Origin: Candidatus Helarchaeota ASGARD archaeon Hel_GB_B
GTDB taxonomy: Archaea > Asgardarchaeota > Lokiarchaeia > Helarchaeales > HEL-GB-B
NCBI GenBank assembly: GCA_005191425.1
Contig: SUPR01000047.1
Span: 1 to 25,675, forward strand
DNA: 25,675 bases
Direction: 5' to 3'
The position numbers and the translations under genes are program-made. The notes below the pieces were generated by a model. The model was not told the DNA's origin. It saw only the letters and a list, made by a program, of their open reading frames with translations, and did no database searches. Of this stretch, positions 8,532-18,560 are shown one piece after another; position 1 is the stretch's first letter, and every line of letters begins with the position of its first letter.

Positions 8532-9716
8532 TTAAGTAAATTTGGATAGAATTTTTCCTATCCAAGTTTTACCTTCACTCCAGTCATTATCGTGTTTACT
8601 GACCCAGAGGAAACATAACCAGCTAATAGTAGACCCCATAAATGCGGTTAATGATGGTACATAGGGTTCTCCAACACCGAAATTGATAGCAAATACAAAT
8701 GCAACTTCAAGGAATGCTGGAATTAACCATACAAATCGCTTCTTTTGTATATAACAGATTATTGCAAGAAAACCGATAAAACCTAAGTGTAAATATAGGT
8801 TTCCTGCTAATCCTAATGGAACATAGAACCATATATCAACAAATTCAATTCCAACAGCGATCAGTCCAGCAGTTAATAGCAATGTAGTATCATTTCTTTT
8901 TTCAGAATTTAAATGTACCCTTTTTAGATATTTATTTTGCCAATCAACTCGCATAAAGATATATGTAGCCACTATTAATATTGAACCAATAACCCATAAG
9001 GCAGGAAATGCAGTTAATCTATTTCTAGAAATTGGATAATCGGTTTGAAATAGTGTTAAAGTCTTTCTTGAACCAACTCCACCATCCCAAGTCTCAATAA
9101 GTCCGCAAGTTAAGTCTAGTTTTGCAATAACTACTTTATTTTTGGATGAGTCATATATAGCTATTTGAAAACTAGCTTGTGCACCTAAAATAGGCCACAG
9201 TTTTTGGGATGAAGGCCACCATACTAGTCTTTTTTCCACAATAGCCGTATAATTACTTCCAGCTGGCCCCATAAACCCTGTGGGGTCGATTACCTTAAAA
9301 ATGGCCCCAGGTTGTATACCAAACCCAGATGTTAATTGTAATAATGGATTTGATACATGTACCCACCAAATTGAATAATTACCCTTCAATTTACCGTTTT
9401 GATAAACAATTCCATTTGGATTTACAAAAAAAGAACCTTGAATTTTATTTCCTATTTTAATTGTAACATTAGAATGAGTTTGATTTATAACAGTTGAAGT
9501 TACTGATAACACTAAATCATTAGTTTGCCCCATTGTCCCATTATTGTAATAAAAATAGGCATATCTATTTGTCTCAAAAAATTTTGGGTCTTCTTGATTT
9601 GGCCCAAAAGGCAATTTTATCATTATTTGGTTGAACAGAAATGCCCCTAACGCAGCTGATAACACCAGAATTAATATTAATAACCTCGTTTTCCAATTTA
9701 ATGACATAATTTTCAT
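8532..9716 (-). CDS. Hypothetical integral membrane protein
   Basis: 394-aa ORF: one N-terminal TM segment, a ~200-aa soluble Gly/Asn/Thr-rich domain, about five C-terminal hydrophobic segments. No family recognised. Confidence 0.75.
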   Translation of the reverse strand: MKIMSLNWKTRLLILILVLSAALGAFLFNQIMIKLPFGPNQEDPKFFETNRYAYFYYNNGTMGQTNDLVLSVTSTVINQTHSNVTIKIGNKIQGSFFVNPNGIVYQNGKLKGNYSIWWVHVSNPLLQLTSGFGIQPGAIFKVIDPTGFMGPAGSNYTAIVEKRLVWWPSSQKLWPILGAQASFQIAIYDSSKNKVVIAKLDLTCGLIETWDGGVGSRKTLTLFQTDYPISRNRLTAFPALWVIGSILIVATYIFMRVDWQNKYLKRVHLNSEKRNDTTLLLTAGLIAVGIEFVDIWFYVPLGLAGNLYLHLGFIGFLAIICYIQKKRFVWLIPAFLEVAFVFAINFGVGEPYVPSLTAFMGSTISWLCFLWVSKHDNDWSEGKTWIGKILSKFT

Positions 9717-9958
9717 CTTCCTTGATGTATAAAAATTAAATCGAGTGATACTTTATTAAGATTTATGGTTTAAGAAATTATAAAAAGTATTTTAATTATA
9801 AACGAACAACGAATTTTTAACAAAATTCATATCCAATCAAAATCTTTTATTTACATAGTAAAAAAGAATATAAATAGAAAAAAAAGCAAAAAATAATAAA
9901 TTAATTCAAATATTTTTTATTACATATTCAAAATTAAAAAATTAAAAGCTGAACTTAT

Positions 9959-11110
9959 ATGAAAATTGAAAATACTCAAGAAAAATGTGATGAAATTTTA
10001 GAAAATGCTAGAAAAATTTTTGAAAAAAGCGATTTTGCAAAATCTAAAGAATTAATCTTAGAAGCTATGGAATTAGCAAATGAAATTAATTATAAAAAGG
10101 GTATAGCGTCTGGAAATTTCTTGTTGGGCATAATTTCATTTGAAGGAGGAGATTATGAATGTTCATTAAATTATTATAAAAAAAGTGTTGAATTGTATAG
10201 GGAATTAAATAATTCACTTATGATAGACTCAATTCAATATGAGATTGGCTTGGTTTATTACCGACAAGGAAGATTAATGGAAGCTCTTGATATTTTTAAA
10301 AAAAATATTGACAATAGCACGATAATTAATAATAAAATTATCGCTATGCACCAATGCGCAAATGTCCTTTTTGATATGGATAAGGTAAATGAAGCTTTAG
10401 ACATGTATAATGAAGCATTAAATCTTATTAAAAATGCTGATCAAACTGATCAAGTCAATAAAAAATTTTATGCAAATCTATTACATGAAATAGGGTTGGT
10501 TTATTTATCTAAAAATCAGACCGATATTGCGGAAAATTATTTTATAAAAAGTCTAGATATTAAAAAAACAATTGAATATAATCAAGGAATAGCCAGGAGT
10601 TATTATTGTTTGGGAAATGTTTATGAAATTAAAAATTCATTTGAAAAAGCAAGTGAATATTATAATAAATCTCTTAAAATTTTCAAAGAAATTAAAGACC
10701 CCTACGGTGAAGCAATTTCTTATGAAGGAATTGGCACAATTTTTTATATTGAAGGTAATTTAAATAAAGCAGAAAACTTTTTATTAAAGAGCTTTTCAAT
10801 TAGACACAAAATAGGGAATATTATTGATATAAATATTATTTTAGAAAAGCTAGGATTTATTTATTTGAAGAAAGGAGATTTAGACCAAGCAATTAAAAAT
10901 TTCTCAGATTCATTAGAAAACAATAAAATAATTAGAAATCAAATTGGTATGGCAAATGATTTATATTTTATTGGGTTAGTTTTTGAATCAAAAAATGAAA
11001 TAAATAATTCTTTGAATTATCTTAATTTAGCTTTAGAATTAGCAAAACAATTAAAAGATACTCAATTAATTGAAAAAATAGAAAAAAAGATTGGCACATT
11101 AGATAGTTAA
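9959..11110 (+). CDS. Tetratricopeptide repeat protein
   Basis: Eight or more helical repeats of the type LG.VY...G..E.A..YY.KSL.I (e.g. EIGLVYLSKNQTDIAENYFIKSLDI, CLGNVYEIKNSFEKASEYYNKSLKI). Confidence 0.88.
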   Translation: MKIENTQEKCDEILENARKIFEKSDFAKSKELILEAMELANEINYKKGIASGNFLLGIISFEGGDYECSLNYYKKSVELYRELNNSLMIDSIQYEIGLVYYRQGRLMEALDIFKKNIDNSTIINNKIIAMHQCANVLFDMDKVNEALDMYNEALNLIKNADQTDQVNKKFYANLLHEIGLVYLSKNQTDIAENYFIKSLDIKKTIEYNQGIARSYYCLGNVYEIKNSFEKASEYYNKSLKIFKEIKDPYGEAISYEGIGTIFYIEGNLNKAENFLLKSFSIRHKIGNIIDINIILEKLGFIYLKKGDLDQAIKNFSDSLENNKIIRNQIGMANDLYFIGLVFESKNEINNSLNYLNLALELAKQLKDTQLIEKIEKKIGTLDS

Positions 11111-11120
11111 AGTTTGCATA

Positions 11121-12560
11121 GTGCTTGTGATGAAGAATAAAGATTTTAGAAATCCTAATATAATTTTATTTATAACTCATGATCAAGGGCAAGCTGTCGG
11201 AATTTATAATTCAGAGCAGAATCCAATTCCTATTAAAACTTTAAATCTAGATAAAATTGCAAAAAAAGGCGTTTATTTTACAAATTATTTCTGTACTGCG
11301 CCTCAATGCAGTCCGAGTAGGGCAAGTATTCAAACAAGTAAATATCCCCATCAAAACGGTATAATGGGTTTAATAAACGAGGGTTGGACGTTAAAAAGTA
11401 AATTTACAATGCCAAAATTTTTCAATGAAATTGGTTATTCTACTAATTTAATTGGATTTCAACATGAAGTAAAGAACCCTCAAGCCTTGGGATATTCAAA
11501 AATAGGTAGACGCAAGATTGCATTTAGATATAGTTCTTCTGTGGTTATTGATGAATGTATCGAATTTTTAGAGAATTATGACCATAATTCTAAACCATTT
11601 TTTTTAAATATTGGTGTTACTGAATGCCATAGACCATTTCAGATTTTTTCGGAACCAATAAATATAAAAAAGGTTAAGGTCCCACCGTACCTTCCAGATA
11701 CCGCCCAAATTAGGAGAGAATTAGCAGAATTTTTTGGAGCAGTATCAGATGTCGATAGAGCTGTAGGAAAATTATATCATCAAATAGAGAAACTTGGGAT
11801 AAATAAAGATACGTTATTTATTTTTACAACAGACCATGGAATAGATTTCCCTAGGAGTAAATGTACATTATATGACCCGGGAATTAAGACGGCATTATTA
11901 ATGTATTGCCCAGGAATGGAGTTATTTAAAGGAGGAAAGAAAATAGATGCCATGATTTCTAATATTGATTTGTTTCCTACTTTAATTGATTTATTTGTAG
12001 ACAAAAATTTTGATAATCAATTAGAAGGTAAAAGTTTTTTACCTATTTTAAAAGGCAAATCTAGCTATATTCATGATGAAATTTTTATGGAAAAAACTTA
12101 TCATAACATTTATGACCCAATGCGGGGGTTAAGGACATTAAAATATAAATATATACGAAATTTTAGAGGCTCAGAGCAACTGAATTTTAAATTTCAAATT
12201 CCAGATGATACTTTTTCTTATAAATGCAAGAAATCTATAAAATTCGAGCATAGTGGGGAACGGCCATTAGAAGAATTGTATGATTTAATTAATGATCCAT
12301 TAGAAAGAATAAATTTAGCTAAAAATCCAGAATACCAAAATACTTTACAATATCTACGAGCCCAATTAAATAAATGGATGATAAATACAAATGATCCTCT
12401 TCTTAAAGGATTTGTATATCCACCTCAAAAATACATAAAGAATAGAAACAATACATTTAAAAAAATATTAAGAAAAAATTCAGTATATTTATTTGAACAT
12501 TTGATTAATTTTAAAATTTTTAGGACTGCAAGTCATAAAATATTGAAACAAATAAAATAA
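11121..12560 (+). CDS. Sulfatase (formylglycine-dependent, Cys-type; N-sulfoglucosamine sulfohydrolase-like)
   Basis: PNIILFITHD, CSPSRAS (CxPxR), YPHQNG, FTTDHG, ELYDL.NDP.E..NLA. ATG 11130 is a probable start. Confidence 0.92.
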   Translation: MLVMKNKDFRNPNIILFITHDQGQAVGIYNSEQNPIPIKTLNLDKIAKKGVYFTNYFCTAPQCSPSRASIQTSKYPHQNGIMGLINEGWTLKSKFTMPKFFNEIGYSTNLIGFQHEVKNPQALGYSKIGRRKIAFRYSSSVVIDECIEFLENYDHNSKPFFLNIGVTECHRPFQIFSEPINIKKVKVPPYLPDTAQIRRELAEFFGAVSDVDRAVGKLYHQIEKLGINKDTLFIFTTDHGIDFPRSKCTLYDPGIKTALLMYCPGMELFKGGKKIDAMISNIDLFPTLIDLFVDKNFDNQLEGKSFLPILKGKSSYIHDEIFMEKTYHNIYDPMRGLRTLKYKYIRNFRGSEQLNFKFQIPDDTFSYKCKKSIKFEHSGERPLEELYDLINDPLERINLAKNPEYQNTLQYLRAQLNKWMINTNDPLLKGFVYPPQKYIKNRNNTFKKILRKNSVYLFEHLINFKIFRTASHKILKQIK

Positions 12561-12579
12561 ACATTATTTTTACAATTAA

Positions 12580-13758
12580 TTGAAATGGTGGTTTTCTTTG
12601 AATTATTTTGTAGAAAGAACTCTTAAATTTCAAGAAAAAATGAAAAAATCGATGGTCGATTATTCAATTATTTTCAATTCAAGGCATATTTACTATTTTA
12701 CGGGTACAGCTCAACATTCAATTTTATTAATTCCCTCAAACTCCGAACCTATTTTATTCGTAAGACGCGATTTTGATCGAGCTAAAAAAGAATGCGTTAT
12801 AAAAGATTTGGTCCAAATCAAATCAACTAAAGATATTTTTAATGGAATTAAGGATTTCGATAAAAAAGAATTATTAATTGGAATTGAATATAATTTTTTA
12901 CGAGTTGGACAGTTTTTTTCAGTAAAAAAAGAATTGAAAAAATCTAAATTCGTTGATATTTCGAGTACCATTCAAGAATTAAGAATTATTAAAGATGATC
13001 TTGAAAAAAAGCTAATTAGAAATAGCGCAAAAATTAGTGAAAAAGTCCAACAAATTGCAAGAGAATATTTGCGTCCAGGTATTACTGAATTAGAATTAGC
13101 AGGTGAAATTCAAAGAGAAATCACAAAATATGGGAGTATATTTTCTTACTTCGACGGCTATTGGGCAAGAACGCCGTTTATTATAGCTTCTGGAGAGAAT
13201 TTGTGGGCAAGAAGCGACTTTCCCCCAGTTTTATCTGGAGTTGGCCCATGTAATGCTGAACCACACGGACCTTCAAATAGAGTAATTAAATCTGGCGATA
13301 TTGTAGTTGTTGATGTTGCTACTGTAATTGAAGGATATACTGCAGATCATTCACGAACTTATTATGTTGGAAATAAAATATCTGATAAATTTAAAAAGAT
13401 TCATAATATTTTATTAAAAGCGCGACTAAAAGCAATTAATTTTATGCAAGCCGGGAACAGTATTGCAGAATTTTGTAAAATTATATTGAAAAATATTCCT
13501 GTTGAATTTCGGGATTATTTACAAGGATACGACCAATTTAAAGAGGGATTTGGACACGGAATTGGATTATGCCTTGATGAATTGCCTTTTTTGATTTTAA
13601 ATACTAACCAAAAATTCCAAAAAGACATGGTAGTAGCATTTGAACCTAAAATAATAATTCCTGGATGGGGTGCAGTAAATTTTGAAGATGATTTTATTAT
13701 TAATAGAGAAGTCCCACCAGAACAAATAACTAATAGTCCTATTTACTCTTTTTCCTAG
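12580..13758 (+). CDS. M24B Xaa-Pro aminopeptidase/prolidase family peptidase
   Basis: All five metal ligands present: VVVDV, ADHSRT, GHGIG, FEPK, FEDD. TTG 12598 (GGTGG 6 nt upstream) is a likelier start than TTG 12580. Confidence 0.9.
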   Translation: MKWWFSLNYFVERTLKFQEKMKKSMVDYSIIFNSRHIYYFTGTAQHSILLIPSNSEPILFVRRDFDRAKKECVIKDLVQIKSTKDIFNGIKDFDKKELLIGIEYNFLRVGQFFSVKKELKKSKFVDISSTIQELRIIKDDLEKKLIRNSAKISEKVQQIAREYLRPGITELELAGEIQREITKYGSIFSYFDGYWARTPFIIASGENLWARSDFPPVLSGVGPCNAEPHGPSNRVIKSGDIVVVDVATVIEGYTADHSRTYYVGNKISDKFKKIHNILLKARLKAINFMQAGNSIAEFCKIILKNIPVEFRDYLQGYDQFKEGFGHGIGLCLDELPFLILNTNQKFQKDMVVAFEPKIIIPGWGAVNFEDDFIINREVPPEQITNSPIYSFS

Positions 13759-15154
13759 CGAAAATTCTTTTCAAATAAATTGAAACCCGTAGCATAATAT
13801 CTTTTACCATTTTTTCCTCTTCTTTAAATGGCATTAAATAGTTAACGCTATAATCTTGAAATAATTTAATTCTATGACCTGTTTTAATATGAATTCCTAA
13901 AAATTCTTCGGTATCATCTTTTTCATTCTTTAATTTTACAGCATATAGTGGCAAATTACCCGGTTTAACTGAGATATTATTAAGAAAATTTATGGCTTTT
14001 TTAATTTGGTCTATAGAAAGTTTTCTTTGAATATCTGAAGACCCTTCAATATATATTTTAACATCTTCAGAATCCTCCATATATTCCGGAAATCTTTCTA
14101 TAATTGAATCTTTAAGATATAAAAATTTACCAGACATATCATCAATTAGAATAGTTTTTTTAATATCAATTTTCTTTTTAAAAAATAGCCATTTTCTCTT
14201 TTTAATTTCAACTAACCCATTCACAATCCAAATAGGATATTGAATAGTATCAACAGACTCTATTTTCATTTGTGGTGGTAATGTACTTTTAAGGTCGAGT
14301 AATAATGATCTATTTATAGTTTCACCAAATCTATCATAAAGCATGTCAATCCACGACCTTCCTATTAAAAAGCCACCAAAAGTTATTAATCCTAATGCTA
14401 ATACAGTTATTATTAACTTAAAATAATCGAAATTAAATAAAGGAGAATAATAAAGGCCTGCAGATATTCCACAAAATATAAAACCAGTTGTAAAATCATT
14501 TAGTTTTGTATATTTTTTAAGTAATGGAGCAGGAGACTTCCAGAAATCTTCGTGCTCCTCGCGTTGCCCACCTTCTTTTATTTTTTCAATCAATAGACCA
14601 TGTCTAATATCATTCCAATCTCTTCCGATAAAAAATGTACTTAATATATTCCCTCCACCACCAATAGCCAGACAAATTATATGGGAAATAGAAGAAGTCC
14701 AAGGAGTAAAGTATGTGATTATCACAGGAATAAACATTATTATCGAAGAAATTATATATAGTACTAGGCCAATAAATCCTTCATGTAGATGGTATTTCCC
14801 AACGCCACTATCTTCCATACCCATATGAAATCTTGACGAATATTTAGGAAGTATAATTAACAAATATACAAAAAAGAATAACATACCAGCATCAGATATG
14901 ACCTGAAATATTACCTTGATATTGTCTATAATTTCTAAATTTAATGTTATAAAATAAAGAATTGCAGAAACGATCATTATTGAAATTGCCAATTTGCCAA
15001 ATTTTTCAATATTTTTGACTATTATTCCAAAATATATTAAGATAAACATTAAGTAAAAATAAAAAATATCATATAAAAATGGAAAAATTATAGTAATTAC
15101 TAAAAAGCTTAGAAAACCTAAAATTAATGCAAAAATTACCCTTTTTTTATTCAT
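13739..15154 (-). CDS. Hypothetical multi-pass membrane protein with internal duplication and soluble C-terminal domain
   Basis: 471-aa ORF with about seven hydrophobic segments in the first ~270 aa and two IGRxWxD-ending units; 3' end overlaps the convergent M24 gene by 20 bp. Confidence 0.78.
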   Translation of the reverse strand: MNKKRVIFALILGFLSFLVITIIFPFLYDIFYFYLMFILIYFGIIVKNIEKFGKLAISIMIVSAILYFITLNLEIIDNIKVIFQVISDAGMLFFFVYLLIILPKYSSRFHMGMEDSGVGKYHLHEGFIGLVLYIISSIIMFIPVIITYFTPWTSSISHIICLAIGGGGNILSTFFIGRDWNDIRHGLLIEKIKEGGQREEHEDFWKSPAPLLKKYTKLNDFTTGFIFCGISAGLYYSPLFNFDYFKLIITVLALGLITFGGFLIGRSWIDMLYDRFGETINRSLLLDLKSTLPPQMKIESVDTIQYPIWIVNGLVEIKKRKWLFFKKKIDIKKTILIDDMSGKFLYLKDSIIERFPEYMEDSEDVKIYIEGSSDIQRKLSIDQIKKAINFLNNISVKPGNLPLYAVKLKNEKDDTEEFLGIHIKTGHRIKLFQDYSVNYLMPFKEEEKMVKDIMLRVSIYLKRIFARKKSK

Positions 15155-16157
15155 TGCTAATATTTCCTATCTTTTTTTTTATAAATTTGTTTTTTCAATT
15201 TCATTACTAAAATATAATTTCTCTTTTAAAATCTCTATTATTTTAAAATCCTTTCTTAGACCATTTATATTTTTTTTAGAAAAATATGAAATTTAACTAA
15301 TAGATCACTTTATTACAATTATAAGTGATTGATTTTATAATCTTAGTGGAATATTTAAAATTGTTTAATAATAACTTGAAATTTCTGTTTCTAAATCTAA
15401 AAATATTTTTCTAAAATTTTTATTTTCGGTTCAATCTTTCTTTTTTAAATTTCAATTTGTTTTTTACTCATGTTTTTTAAATTTTATATTTATTAATCAC
15501 TCGAAACCGGATAAATCATTAATAAATATTTTTTCCTCTATTTTGCTTCCAAATCGATAAATTTTTTTTTTTCATATAATTATTATATTAATTTTCCTAT
15601 TTTTTGACTATTTCCTCTATTTTATAAATATTAGAGAAAATGAAATTTTCCATATTAATTCTTTAGAAATATCCTCTATTTTTATGTTTAATTAACAATA
15701 AACTTTTTTTTTTATCAATTATCTCATTATTAAACCTTATTGCTTTTTTTTTCCTAAATATTTGAAAATTATATATAAATTCATCTATTAGGCACATTTA
15801 TATTTCTACTATATTAAACAAATATATAAATCACATAATTTATTATTTTATATCTCAAATAATTTTCCATTTATTAAAATGATTGATTTATTAAGTAATT
15901 TTTTAATGACGTCTTAAAAATATTGCTTATTTTTGGTATCTTTCTTTCTCAATTATAAAAAACATTTTTTTACTTTAATTTTGAAATAAATTAACATTTA
16001 ACAATAAAATAAAGTTTGAGTTATTTAATGAGTATAAAAAGTATGGTTTGAATTAAAAAATGTTAAAAGACTCTGAAAATCAAGATTCAATTATGGCTAT
16101 AACTAAACTTTTAATGAGTTTAAGGGTCAAACACTCTCTTTTGCTGCTAAATTAGAA

Positions 16158-16304
16158 CTACACTTCTAACTTTCTAAAATATTGGCACTTTTTACAGTTT
16201 TTGTGTTTTGGACATTGTATTCCATTACGGGCGTCTGAAACAATACAAATATATAAAATTTTGCCCTCATTAAGATTATCTTGGGGTTTTATTCCATCTC
16301 TCAT
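16158..16304 (-). CDS. Candidate 48-aa Cys-rich small protein
   Basis: Hand-translated: MRDGIKPQDNLNEGKILYICIVSDARNGIQCPKHKNCKKCQYFRKLEV*; C-x10-C-x5-C-x2-C; below the ORF-track cutoff. Confidence 0.45.
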   Translation of the reverse strand: MRDGIKPQDNLNEGKILYICIVSDARNGIQCPKHKNCKKCQYFRKLEV

Positions 16305-16397
16305 AACTATTTTTTCTAACTTTTATATTTAATGTCCTCTAAATAATAAAATTTCATTATATTAAGATTATATTTTCTTTTATGAAGGAATCAGGCT

Positions 16398-16745
16398 TCA
16401 AGTATTTTCCTCCTCTTTTAAGATTTTAAGTAATCTTTCTTTTAGTGATGGGATGTCTTTTGTTGCTGTATCCCAAACAGCATCTAAATCTACTCCAAAA
16501 TATCCATGTATAAGCTTATCTCTCATCCCGGCTATTTGTTTCCATGGTATATCCGAATATTTATTTATGAAATCTGCTGAATAATTCTTAGTAGCTTCGC
16601 CGATTATTTCGATTTCTCTTATTACAGCATCTTGGAGCATATGATTACTTCTAAATTCTTGAAAGTTTTTTCCCTTAAGATAATCTTCTATTAGGCTAAT
16701 CGCGTCAAGAACGTGTTTGAGGAATACCGTATTGTCTTTTTTCAT
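16398..16745 (-). CDS. hepT: HEPN-domain (DUF86, HepT-like) ribonuclease toxin
   Basis: DAVIREIEIIGEA, IPWKQIAGMRDKLIHGYFGVD with the R-x4-H motif; ATGA overlap with the upstream MNT gene. Confidence 0.9.
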   Translation of the reverse strand: MKKDNTVFLKHVLDAISLIEDYLKGKNFQEFRSNHMLQDAVIREIEIIGEATKNYSADFINKYSDIPWKQIAGMRDKLIHGYFGVDLDAVWDTATKDIPSLKERLLKILKEEENT

Positions 16746-17029
16746 CCCAGCACCAGCTTAGACTCTTTTTCAATTCTATCTCTTAAATATGGACTTATAG
16801 ATGCCTCTGTAAGTAAATCAACCTTTATTCCCAACACATCTTCCAATTCCTGCTCTATTCCCACGATCTCAAGTAAACTTTTTCTTTCAGAAAATTCTAC
16901 AATTACATCCAAATCACTTTCTAGGTTTGCTTCTCCTCTAGCGTAGGAGCCGAATATCTTAATTTTCTTGACCCTGTGTTTTTTCAGTATTTCTATTAAT
17001 TTTTTTATTTTTTTATCCATTTGTTTCAC
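16742..17029 (-). CDS. mntA: Minimal nucleotidyltransferase (MntA-like antitoxin)
   Basis: FGSYARGEANLESDLDV (GS-x10-DxD), LEDVLGIKVDL; directly upstream of the HEPN gene. ATG 17020 is an alternative start. Confidence 0.9.
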   Translation of the reverse strand: MKQMDKKIKKLIEILKKHRVKKIKIFGSYARGEANLESDLDVIVEFSERKSLLEIVGIEQELEDVLGIKVDLLTEASISPYLRDRIEKESKLVLG

Positions 17030-17799
17030 TTTTAGAGCGGTTTTGGAATTTCGCCTAACGAATATTTTACTCGCTTTTTATTTGCGTAATTTTCCAAGTT
17101 AGAGATAAAATGTCTTATAAATTCAAACATTTAATTTATATACCTTTTTTTGATAAAAGATATGTTTAAAAATATATAAAAAAGTGATTGAAATTTTAAA
17201 AAGAAAGAAAAGTTTGAAAAATGATCAAAATCTTAATAATTTAGAAAATGGAATTGATTAGATCAAATGATACGGGATATTTTTAGAAATAAGGAAATAA
17301 AAAATAATATATTATAAAAATATGGTTTTTTAATAAATTAAAATTTAATTAATATTTAAAAAATAAATTTATCATTATTAATAATTTTAGTTTTTATAAT
17401 TTTGGATTAATTCGATGAGCTTTATTGCATATAACTATTTTAAAAGTTTGATATTATTACCCAACAATCTATATTTAATTATTGAATGGATAGATTGCTC
17501 GATATATATTTTATTGCAACTTAGGGATTTAAAAATATCTTTTTATTTGGATTAGTTATCAAAAGATATTTTATTATTAAGCAACTTTTGACTGAAATAT
17601 TATGGATGAAAATATGAGAGATCATATAAACAAGATTCATCAAATAGAATTTCGAACAGTAATCTGTACTACATATTTTTTCATATTTTTGGTATTAAAT
17701 TCATTTATTTTTTAAATTCTTAGAAAAATTGTCAATAAAATCTTGAAAATTTCCAGTATTAATGTAGGCTTCTTGCATTTTTAGCCAGAAAACGATGGT

Positions 17800-17807
17800 A
17801 AGGAGGT
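17800..17807 (+). promoter_or_regulatory. Shine-Dalgarno AAGGAGGT
   Basis: Near-perfect SD 6 nt upstream of GTG 17814 in otherwise GC-poor DNA. Confidence 0.6.
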
Positions 17808-17813
17808 AATTTA

Positions 17814-18053
17814 GTGGTAATTTTAAGAAGAAAAAACGATCCTGATAAACTTATTGACATTATAAATAATGCTATTGATTATTTTAGAAAAATTGAAAAA
17901 TCTTCAGAGAAAATGTTATTAAATGCTAAGATGTGGTTTAAAGATAAAAATTACCAAGAAAAAGAATATATCATAATACACCACCTTTTTGAATTTTATA
18001 AAAAAAATAAAAATGATGAAAAGTCTCTAAATATGAATATTAATTTATTTTAG
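17814..18053 (+). CDS. Hypothetical 79-aa protein
   Basis: GTG start with a strong SD; predicted helical and charged; no family recognised. Confidence 0.55.
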   Translation: MVILRRKNDPDKLIDIINNAIDYFRKIEKSSEKMLLNAKMWFKDKNYQEKEYIIIHHLFEFYKKNKNDEKSLNMNINLF

Positions 18054-18560
18054 CAATCTAAAAAGATATATATTAAATAATTAATATTGACATTTCTTAA
18101 TATCAATCAATTTCTTTTTTTAAAAATAGTATTTCTATCAATTTTAATATTATAAATAATTAATTGATAATTTCAATTCAGGAACAAAATAGGTCATGAA
18201 AATTAATCTAACAAGATTATTGGCACTAATTTTCGGATAGAATAATGCCAATAATTTTTAAAATAAGAGAAAAAAATTTAAGTCGGAATCTCCTAAAGCT
18301 AAGTTTGATTCAGAAAATTCACATTAAAAGGATAAAAAGCATGTAAATTATTAATAATTTTATTTATTTTTTATTTGAAATAGCGGCAGATTTTTTAAAA
18401 ATTCTTTATCAATATTTAAAAAATTCTTCATAAATAAGAATAAAATTATTAAACATTTGAAATAACCTTTTTCTTATTGAAATGGGAGTAAATTAATAAT
18501 ATTATCAATAAAATGTGTTTAAATTTCAAGTTTTTATTTAATTAAAACTAAAAATTATAA

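Noticed and set aside
529-12560. Idea that the radical SAM genes are maturases (anSME) for the nearby sulfatase
   Set aside because: They have N-terminal B12-binding domains and lack the Cys-rich C-terminal SPASM domain that defines anSME.
15530-15685. Three copies of CCTCTATTTT at irregular spacing
   Set aside because: Short, low-complexity, unevenly spaced and without unique spacers of constant length; not a CRISPR array or tandem repeat. Minus-strand readings give only ORFs under 30 aa.
16097-16157. Possible second attC-like site after the 48-aa ORF (TTCTAAT...GTTATAG on the minus strand, 61 bp)
   Set aside because: Both core sites deviate from consensus and hand pairing gives no convincing stem.
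18196-18240. 14-codon ORF MKINLTRLLALIFG overlapping the inverted repeat
   Set aside because: Too short to distinguish from chance; no supporting evidence.
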